From contig JAAOMT010000525.1 in the NCBI GenBank assembly GCA_016748015.1, positions 62,001 to 126,000 of the forward strand: a stretch of DNA of 64,000 nucleotides, read 5' to 3'. Below are positions 54,333-64,000 of the stretch, one piece after another. Source of the DNA: Geosiphon pyriformis uo1. Its lineage: Eukaryota > Fungi > Glomeromycota. The notes under the pieces are model-generated. The model was not told the origin of the DNA. It did no database searches and saw only the letters and a program-made list of their open reading frames with translations. The translations under genes and the position numbers were made by a program. Position 1 is the stretch's first letter; every line of letters begins with the position of its first letter.

Positions 54333-54599
54333 TTCCAAACAAAATGTCCTTGACAGTGGAAGATGAATTAATTGTTAATTAATGGCTCCGATTTTTTTTA
54401 TTTTATTTATACCTTAAATTAGATGCGACTCACGCGTTGTCTACATGTGGCTAGCCACCAGACTATTCTGAATTGAATGTATAAAAGAAAACCCATTCTG
54501 AAAAAACATTTTGTGCATAAAAGCAATTAACATACAACTATTTCTAATTATCTCATTCATCCATTTGGCACTTGACTTGATATTAAGACTCTGAAGCAA

Positions 54600-56470
54600 A
54601 TGTGTTTTTATTAACAATATTATTCAAAATATTTATACTATTATTTTTAACTTATACTTTTTTTTAAGTTTTTCAATCTTCTTACTTAACTTATTAACAA
54701 CTTCTTTAAAAACAGCAATATTATCTTAAATAGCAAGACATTTTTTTATTAACTTCATGTATAAACAAAAAAAATATTAACCAATCTTGTTATTAAAAAA
54801 ACCAAGATATTAAAAAAGTTAATTTAAAACTAATTACAGAATTAATAACAATAGCAATAATAAAAACAATTAAAAAAAGTAACAAAAAAGACCAAAAAAG
54901 CAAATCTTAACATAAAAGCTAATATCTATAAAACAATATTCAAAAATCTTAAAATTAACTATAAATTTAAAAAAAAACTTTAGAAAAAAAATATTTTGTA
55001 GTTTAAAACCAGTATTAATAATTAAAAATCTTTTATTAAATATAGTACTTTTTTAATATATAAGTTTTATAATATTTAAATTAATTTAAAAACTAAATAT
55101 AATAATTATATATTTTAGTTTTTTAAAAAAATTAAAATATTAAAAAATAAAACAAATATAATTATAAATTTAAAAAACCAATTTGCTAATTTAAAAACAA
55201 TATAATTAAAAAAAATTAATCAATTTGGTTTTAAATAAAATAAAAAAAATTTAATATTATTTTTTATTACTAAAATTAACTATTAAATAAAAATAATTTT
55301 AATAGTTTTAAGATTTTTAAAATTTTATTAATAAAGACTTAAAAAAAATATTATAAAAAACAACAAAATAATAACAAATATTATACTATTACTAAAATCT
55401 TTAATATATAATATATATAATATATAAAAAAATATAAAAAAATTATTTTATTAAAAAAATAATAAACTACATATTAAATTATATACAAATAAAATATATT
55501 GTATTTTTTTAAAAAAAAAACAAAATATTTGTTGGTTTAAAATATTTTTTTATAATTAAAAATCTGTTATTTTTATTAAAATTTCTTTTAAATTACATGT
55601 TTTTTATTATATTAAAACAAAAAAACAAAGTAAATATTGTTAAGTTATTAAATACTAAAAAATCAAGTAATAATTAACCAAATAATAATTAATTAAGCTT
55701 TGATATTACTTAAATAAAAAATAAAAAATAAATTTTTAAGTAATAATTAATTTACAAAAAAATTAATATAAGCAAATATATTAAAAAAACTTGTAAAAAA
55801 CATCAAATAATTAAATATATAAATAAAAAAATAAAATCAATTTATATGAATTTTGTTAAATCAATATTTTATAATAAAGAAATAATCTAAAAAAAAACAG
55901 CTTTAAATTTTAACAAAATTAATTTTTTATCAATATTTTTTTCAGTAATTATAAACTTTTATTTAAAATTATTAAATTAAATAATAAAGAAAATAATTTG
56001 TTTACTTGGTTTAATTATTTATAAACCAATTATTATTTTTTATTAAATATATATAATTATATATAAAATATAATTAATTGGAAATATTTTTTTAAATATC
56101 AAAAATTTATTTTGTTTATTATTAATTTTTATTTAAAATATTTACAAAAAAATTTAACTACATAATAAATTTTTAAACTTTTTTTTATAAAAAATATATT
56201 AATATAAAAATTTTATTAAAAACTATTTAATAATGTATTTATTATTATTTTTATTATGTTTTTATTTATATTTTAAAGTATTTAATATTTTTAAAATATT
56301 TATATTATACAATTTTTAAAGTAACAAAAGATAAAAATTCAACAAATTAAACTTAAATAACAATATTTAAAGAAGTTTAAAATACAAATTTTATACAGAA
56401 CAATTTAATATTATTATTAAAAATTAATTTTATCTTAATAAAATTATATATAAACTAAAAAAAATATTTT
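54600..56470. repeat. Hyper-AT-rich TE relic / intergenic DNA
   Basis: Very low GC, no credible ORF. Confidence 0.35.
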
Positions 56471-58100
56471 TTTTTATTAGCTTTACGAGTGAGATCCAAA
56501 CACTACCTAGTGCTATACATCAAAAAAATGATCTATACTAGGCGTAAATCATGCATTTTTCACATATAACCAGCCATTCAAGCTGATCAGAACAACACTA
56601 TGCAGCTATGTGAACTGAAACTAAGTTACCTATGCCTGAAAAAAACAAACAAGATTTGCGAAAGCCAAAACAAACACCAAAAGCATCAGCAATACCAAGC
56701 AATTTGACTACTCCAGTCAACAATCTTGAGACCAAACCAGAAACTGAAACAAAAACCAAGCCATCAAAGGGAATCAACCTTTTCTTCTCCATATAAGCAT
56801 AATGTTTAACATGAACTGACCAGATATTACTTCTAAAAGCAAAACTAAGAGAGCACACAAATTTGACAATCTCTAAACAAGCAACCTTAGAATCTTAAAA
56901 AATGGTGACTGCTTTACAAAACCAACCACCAAAAACAAAACCCTTATAAAAAGCTATGGACAAAAAGGAGTCAGAAACACAGGATAATAACAGTTGTAAT
57001 ACACTTAAAGAAAAATAAGAAAGACCAAAAACTGCTTTTTAGGAGTTCACATGGAATTCCAATAACTGACATTGAGCAGAATCATCAATCTTACAAAAGA
57101 ACACATGATCTGATATCTCCACATTACTACAATATAAGCACAAAATACTTGGATAGAGTCTATCATAAAAGCACTTCTAAACAGCAACTAGTAGCTAGTA
57201 GTGTAGAGCTTTCATGAAATAAGTACATACATTAGCTGAGGGTTTGCTGGTAAAACTGGCAGCTATGTACAAGTCAGGGTGCCAAACCAAAAATAAATAG
57301 AGCCAATTAATCTCAGAAAGCAAACTGTCTGCCAAAAACCTGGAACCAGAACCAACCTCTCAACATACATAACAAACTGAATAATAAATATTATGGACAA
57401 AATGTCTGGAATTGCCTAAAACAACATTATCATCAGCCATTATGAAGCATTTACCCAAGTGAGAAGGAAGATGCTAACTAGAAAGAAAAGCATTACTAGC
57501 AATCACGTCAGTGCACTCATTCTCTAAAACACCAAAGTGATTTTTAACCTTATGCCAGCTGATCTTCAGATTCTTATTGTAAATAACATTGACAATATAA
57601 TGATGTTTTACCCAATACTGATTACAAAAGTCAGGACATACCAGACTCAATTCTAATTTACAGGCATTCAGAGCAGATTGGCTATCCAAAAACAATTTAA
57701 TAGAGCTCATTGAAGGGACACATTCCAAAACCAGTGCAATAGCCTACAACTCTGCCAAAGTAGACAACATCAAACCCAACACACCAATATCTAAACCCAA
57801 ATTAATGTCTTCAAAAAAAGCAGCAGTGCCAGCTCTATAGCCTGCTGTGTCCAGATCACTAAAAAACTTATCTGTATATACCAACAAACTGTTAACATTA
57901 ACTTGCGAGAGATGATTACAGACAGAAACAAAATCATGAGACTCAAGAATGTTCAAAGAATTAATACCATCCAAAGACAAAGAGCGAGTAAGAAAAAAAC
58001 CTTCACCATTGAGAAATACAACAGAAAGCTTAAACCACTTAAGAACAGGGCCATAGAAGTTCAACCTTTTCTAATGCTTGAAAGTATGCCAAAAATATTT
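56460..58100 (-). mobile_element. LINE 3' fragment (RNase H, C-terminus, 3'UTR, A-tail)
   Basis: VYTD…GTAAFFEDINLGL, WHKVKNH.GVLENE, VKLLGIADAFGV; homologous to 4110-5700. Confidence 0.9.
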
Positions 58101-59114
58101 TTAATATAAACTAATTTAATTTTTAAAAAAAAACCAAATATTAAAATAAAAGTTATCTATTTAAAAAATTTTTAATAATTAATAATAATTTTTAAATATT
58201 ATTAAAAATAATACTATTAAAAAACAGAAAAAAAAGAGTTAATTTTTATTTAATTTGTTTAATTTTTAAAATTAAATAACTTAATAAGCTAATTAATTAA
58301 AAATATATATAAAACATAATTTGTTGTGCTTTTAAATTAATAAAAATCAGTTAAATTAGTATATTAAATAATACAACCAAGAATTAATTCAAATTAAATT
58401 GGTTAATATGTTTTTATTATTATTGTTCATAATAAAAAATTTATTTTTATTCATAAGTACAATAAAATTAAGCATTATAATTGGTATAAATAATATAAAA
58501 TTGGCAAAAAAATTAAAAAAAAAACAAAAAAAACTTAAGTTTTATTTTTTATAAAAGAAAAACTTAATTTTAAAACATTAAAATTAATAATAAAAATATC
58601 AAAAAAAAAACTTTTCAGCATTTTAAAAGAATTTTTATCAAACATAATAAATATTTAAAAGATTGTTTTTAATTAATTTAATTAATTTAAATTTTTTAAT
58701 TATTTAAATAACAATAAAAAGAGCATAAAAAAACTAACTTAATTATTAGCTTTTTATTAAAAACTTTGAAATTTTTAAAGAAACAAAAATAGTATTTTAG
58801 AATCAACAAAAAATTAATTTATTATTACTTTATTTAAAAAAAATGTTTTTACAAAGTGCTTTATTAATAATATATTATCAAATATTTAAGAAAATAAAGA
58901 CCAAAGAAATAAGCAATCTTTTAAGTAATTAATCTATATAATTAAAATTTATCAAAGATTTTTTATATTAATATTTTTATAAATTGAAATAATAAATTAT
59001 AGATAGCAAAAACAGTTAAAAATATTTGTTTAAATATTTAAAATTTTTTTATTATAATTTTAATTCATAAAATTTTTTTTTATTAAAGTTTAATAAATAC
59101 AACTTAATTATTAT

Positions 59115-59680
59115 TTACGTCTCTCTCGGGTTGATGCTGATAGTTTGACTGTATATACAGATGGGTCGTTAAAAAATTTGGTTGTAAGGCTGGGGCTGCT
59201 GCCTTTTTTGAGGACATTAACTTGGGTTTGGGTATTAGTGTTTGGGGTTTGGTATCATCTACTTTGGCAGAATTGCAGACTATAACATTGGCTTTGGAGT
59301 GTATATCTGTGGCTTGCTCTGTTTGTCTGTTTTCAGACAGTCAGACAACCTTGGATGCTTGCATATTAGAGATTGACTTGGTGTATCCTGACTTTTGCAA
59401 TTAGTGCTGGGTCGAGTGCCAGCATATTAGGAATGTTAAATTGCTTGGTATTGCTGAAGCTTTTGGTGTCCATTTTGGTTTTCGCAAATCTTGTTCGTTT
59501 TTCTCAGGTATTGGTGACTCGGTGTCTGTTAATATAAATGTGTAGTGTTGTCCTGACTGGCTTGAGTGGCTGGTCACATGTAGAAAGTGCATGATTCATG
59601 CTTAGTTTAGATTATTTCTTTGATGTATAGTTCTAAGTTATGTTTAGACTTCACTTGTTAAAAAGATAAAAAAAAAATTA
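59115..59680 (+). mobile_element. LINE 3' fragment with an internal deletion
   Basis: VYTDGS…LAELQTI… joins directly to VKLLGIAEAFGV near 59435; same 3'UTR and A-tail. Confidence 0.88.
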
Positions 59681-60113
59681 CTATTTAGTATATAAAACCA
59701 AAATTAGAAGTTTTAGTTAAATACAATTTACATTTTTTTTTACATGTGATCAGTTACTTAAACCAATTAAAAACACACTATGCTAATGCTTTAAAAGAAA
59801 ACTTATCCAAAAAGACATCTTTTAAACAATTTCAAATAATATAGCATTATTAAAAACCAACCATATTAACTAACTAACTGTTTTAAATACATCAAATTTA
59901 ATTTTAGTAGGTTTATGTTTTTATAGTAACAACAAATTAGAAAATATATCATTATTAATAACAAACAAATCCACATAAGAATCAAACATATCAATATTAG
60001 AAAAATTACACTTATTTTTTAATACAACTATATTACATTTCAGCTTACTTACAACTTTACTAAAAAATTCATATATATTAAAACCTTATTAATTTTAAAA
60101 TTAAGAGCACTGT

Positions 60114-60681
60114 TGTTACGGTTTAAGAATTTAGCAAAAAGAATCATAAAAATAATACAAACTATTCAATCATAATATAGCACAGTAATAATCTTAGAAA
60201 GGTAATGATTAACATAGTAGCAAACACCATCTCGCGATAGTGGCAAGCACCAGTTCACAATAGCAGCCAACACCAACTGGTGATAGCAGCAAGCACCAGG
60301 TTGAAATATCAAAAAGAAAGTATNNNNNNNNNNNNNNNNNNNNTAATTGATAAAAGCTTTATTGTGAGAATTAGAAAAGCACTAAAGACCATTAACATTC
60401 TGTGTTTCTAGATTAGAGAAACACATTAGGCAATTGCAAAGATAGCCTCAGAGAAGACCCCAGACAGTGGGTAGATTTCAGTTCAGCCTCTGAGAAGGAG
60501 TACATAAACACACACAACAATCAAGAATTAAAGAATAACTTACATCGCAACAGTAAAAAGAAAGCCTTCAGTGTAACAGTGACACTATCACACAAATAGA
60601 ATTGAGGAACTCACAAAAAACTGATTGCAATTAAAGCGGGATATCAGCAATTAAATATAACAAAAAAACCATCCCGTAACA
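60114..60681 (+). repeat. 5' LTR of element E (contains N gap 60324-60343)
   Basis: TGTTACGG…CCGTAACA terminal inverted repeat followed by TT-TGG. Confidence 0.8.
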
Positions 60682-60683
60682 TT

Positions 60684-60700
60684 TGGTGAACCCTACGAGG
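60684..60700 (+). promoter_or_regulatory. Primer-binding site of E (different tRNA from A/C and B)
   Basis: TGGTGAACCCTACGAGG. Confidence 0.75.
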
Positions 60701-60763
60701 AAAGAAAATCAAAAAGGAAATAATAATTAGCAATAATTCATTGCTAAAAAGGAAAAGACAAAA

Positions 60764-63638
60764 GTGGCGACAAAAACCCCTAATCTTACTGTTCTTGAAT
60801 TCTGCCATGCTATTTACACACAAAATCAAAGTGATTTTGGATTACCAGAAGGGTGTTGTCCAGCAGAATCTGCCCTCACTTATTATATCAACGCCAGAAT
60901 AAATTATCATATAGGAAAGGAAGAAGAACCACACAACGCAAAACTTGGATTGTATAGAGAATTATTACAATACACTACAAAAGAAGTAGCAGTAATAGCC
61001 GCAACTATTGTCAAAATCCATCGAAAAATTGAGCAATACGCCAACGAAAATTTTCCAATATCCACAGGAAACACTAGGAAACGCGCCAACAAAACCAAAG
61101 AAAATTTAGAAACTAATTAGGAAAGTAACCAGCAAAAACTAGGAACACCAGCTCAAACGCCAAAGAAAACTGTCACTCAATCAATAAAAAAACAACGTAT
61201 TTATTCACCAGAAGATAAATCATACCATTTTTCACCAGAAAATAAGATACAAATTCCATTAGGAGCTGCATCATCATCAACATCAACTCCACAAATGCCA
61301 AGAACTCCTAGTTATATTGATAAAATTAAACAACGTAACTGGGGAGACATACCAATTACAGGAGGATATTCATTACTATTCCAAAATCCTCTTTTTCAGC
61401 CAAAATTTAGAACGGGGTTTGAAAACCGTAAAGAGGAGTCTGAATCGGAATCCGAAAAAGAGACCAGCAAAAAAACAATCACAAGACCAGTCACTGGAAC
61501 AAGCAGCCAGTCCAGAAACCAAGAAACTCGTGATCAAGAGAAAGAACCAGATATAAGGGAAGCCACCTTTAGGAACGCTCAAGGAAATATCATCACACCT
61601 TCTCTTAGACCAATAAACCCACCAGCAGAAAACAGCAACGAAATGACCACACCATACATTGCAAGACTAACAGATTTCTCAGGAGAGAAAGAAGAAACGA
61701 ACATGCACACATGGTTCAGAGAAGCACAAAAAGCCATCCAGGCAAATAACTGGAACGACCAAAGAGCAATTCAAACATTACCTTTCTTTCTGAAAGGCAC
61801 AGCCGACTCGTGGTATCAAAGCCTGGAAACAAAACCCATGAGCTTCGCCGAATTTAAAAATGCACTCCTGGAGTATTTTAGCGACCCAAACGCAGTAATC
61901 CAACTACAGAACGAATTCAATACTATCAAGCAAAATACCAGTGAAACTGTCACCCAATACCTTGCTCGATTCAATCGAATTCGCCGTCAGATTGAAGCGA
62001 TTGAACAAGGATACTACACTGATCCTCAGGTTTTAAATCAGTTTATTAGAGAATTAAAAAGCAGCATTTTAGGAAGAGTATGCCCTGCCCACCCTAATTC
62101 CTTACCAGAAGCCGTTACGCTTGCCAGAGCCCTTGAATCGGCTGAGAAAGAAGCTAACCATAGTCAAATGGTTAACATGGTAATGGAGGAAAATAAGACA
62201 GAAACATTAGAGAAAAGAGTAACGCGATTAGGGAAGGAACTTTCTAAGAAAATAGAAAGTTACCTCATCCCGGATCCGAGAAAAAATACATACCAACCAC
62301 CCCAAAGACGCAGCCAGGAAGTCAGCGACAGTTGAAATAATCGCTCGTCACGCCAGGAATTCAGAACAGAAACACGCGCCTGCCATTTTTACAAACGCAT
62401 AGGACATTTGATTAGTCAATGTCGAACGCGAATAATGCAGGAAGCACGCGAAAATAATTACTACACGCCACCCCAAATGCCCAGAAACCAGTACACGCCA
62501 ATACCACGCCAATATTCCACCACGTATCAAAATCAAGGAGCTTACCAGCAACAGCCCATGATAGCCAACCCGAATTGGTGTCCCGAGGCCCGAAATTAGC
62601 CCATGTGGAACCAGAACACGTTGGTCCAGAGGAATCCAAACCGCGCCGGAACCAATCAGCAAACCAATCCAAACTACCAAAATTATCAACAAACTTACCT
62701 TAATATACTGGAAAATCTGATCATTGGAAACAATGATGGTAGAAACATAAACAGAACCAAGAATTCCTCCAAATTGAGCCAGACAATACCACCAGCAGTT
62801 GCCACCGAAGATAGCAGCCTCGCAGCTATTTTTCCTTTTGAATTAGAGGAAAACGAGGCTATGTTCAGTGGAGCAGCATTGGACGAAAAACGCCCAATCA
62901 CTGCTATGTATATGGAAGCCACTATAAACAATACCCCAATCAAACTTATCTTAGACAGCAGATCCGCTGGAAGCATCGTAATGCTTCAACTAGTAAACCA
63001 ACTGGGTTTCAAAGTTGATTGTGCCGTGACGCTCCAAATCATAACAGCCGATGGAAGTACAAAGCTGTCTTATGGCGAAATCGACTCATTCCCTTTCGAA
63101 ATTAACGGCATAGTAATACTTACAAAAGTATTAGTAATGGATGCTACACAATATCAAGCGTTAGTAGGGAATGACTGGTTAACAAAAGCCAACGCCACCC
63201 TAGACTAGACCACCCAAGAGCTTCTGATCAATTATAATGGCCACCAGGCCAAAATTCCAGCCACCTGTGGCCACTTCCAAAAACCCAGCGCCAACCAAAG
63301 ACCTACCTTCGAATTTGAGGAAAATCCAGCACTACCAGCCATCGAAACCTATCAGCTCTCTTGGGCTGATGACCAAAGAACAAAACTACGCAGCACATGA
63401 ACTTGAATGCTTAGCAGTAGTCTAGAGTTGTGTTCACTTTGACACATATTTACGGTACCAACCCTTTGAGATTACGACAGATCATAGAGGTCTGGTCTAG
63501 TTAAATAACAAGAAAGCGCTAAAAAGAAAATATGCCAGATGGTCACAAACGTTAGCACTATACAATTATATTATCAAATACAAAGAAGGTACCAAAAATG
63601 CTAATGCCAACTGTTTGTCAAGAATGAGACACACATAA
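60764..63638 (+). pseudogene. Element E gag-protease fused by deletion to the RNase H C-terminus
   Basis: MTTPYIARLTDFSGE capsid start at 61643, ILDSRSAGS; YQLSWADDQR joins NYAAHELECLAV near 63380. Confidence 0.9.
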
Positions 63639-63667
63639 AAATCACCAACCCACCCGTCACAACAACA

Positions 63668-64000
63668 ATGAACAACCACCTTTACAAAAACCTCAGCCAA
63701 TACTTGGAAACACTACAAATAGACGAAAAAATGCCAGTAAAAGAGCTAATTAAGCTCCAAAAATTAGCAAAACACTATTTCATCCAAAATCACATACTTT
63801 ATTACCGGAATCGACAAAATCCAGATAATCCATTAAGAGTTATAACCACGGATGAAAAAGAAACTATCTTATTTAACATGCACTCAGATATTTATTCAGG
63901 CCATTTTGGAAAAACAGCAACCATCCAACGTGCAACTAGCCGTTACTATTGGCCAAAAATGAGCTCAGACATAATCCAATACATAAGAAATTGTGACCCA
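63668..64000 (+). pseudogene. Element E integrase N-terminus (separate ORF)
   Basis: MNNHLYKNLSQYL…NMHSDIYSGHFG…YYWP. Confidence 0.88.

Larger units (their letters stand above)
60114..64000 (+). mobile_element. Ty3/Gypsy element E, internally deleted, runs off the window
   Basis: LTR 60114-60681, PBS, gag, protease, end of RNase H, start of integrase. Confidence 0.92.

Overview
Eukaryotic, very AT-rich and TE-dominated window. By inference it is fungal, probably Glomeromycotina (Geosiphon-like). About 1-44 kb is a nest. A minus-strand RNase-H-containing LINE (~4110-42240) is split by Ty3/Gypsy element A (9070-40340). Element A is itself split by full-length elements B (13298-23177) and C (23739-33967) and by a solo LTR (36116-37126). 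There is also the 3' end of another B copy (1-1445), an old solo LTR (43274-44173) and an internally deleted element E (60114 to window end). A small gene island at 48-54 kb holds a single-exon TM-protein ORF, an HDDC2-like 5'-deoxynucleotidase and sphingosine-1-phosphate lyase. All TE ORFs are riddled with C>T/G>A changes. The main result is an unusual architecture shared by four divergent LTR families: Gag starts at a conserved AAA-GTG-G (non-AUG) codon 244-327 codons upstream of a conserved capsid ATG; Gag-PR-Cys-rich domain-dUTPase-RT-RH forms one frame; a conserved stop follows RNase H; integrase is a separate ATG-initiated ORF; and a conserved non-Env ORF3 follows it (seen in A, B and C). 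The 4-bp target sites appear CpG-centred, and the A and C LTRs carry conserved hairpins and an anti-PBS.
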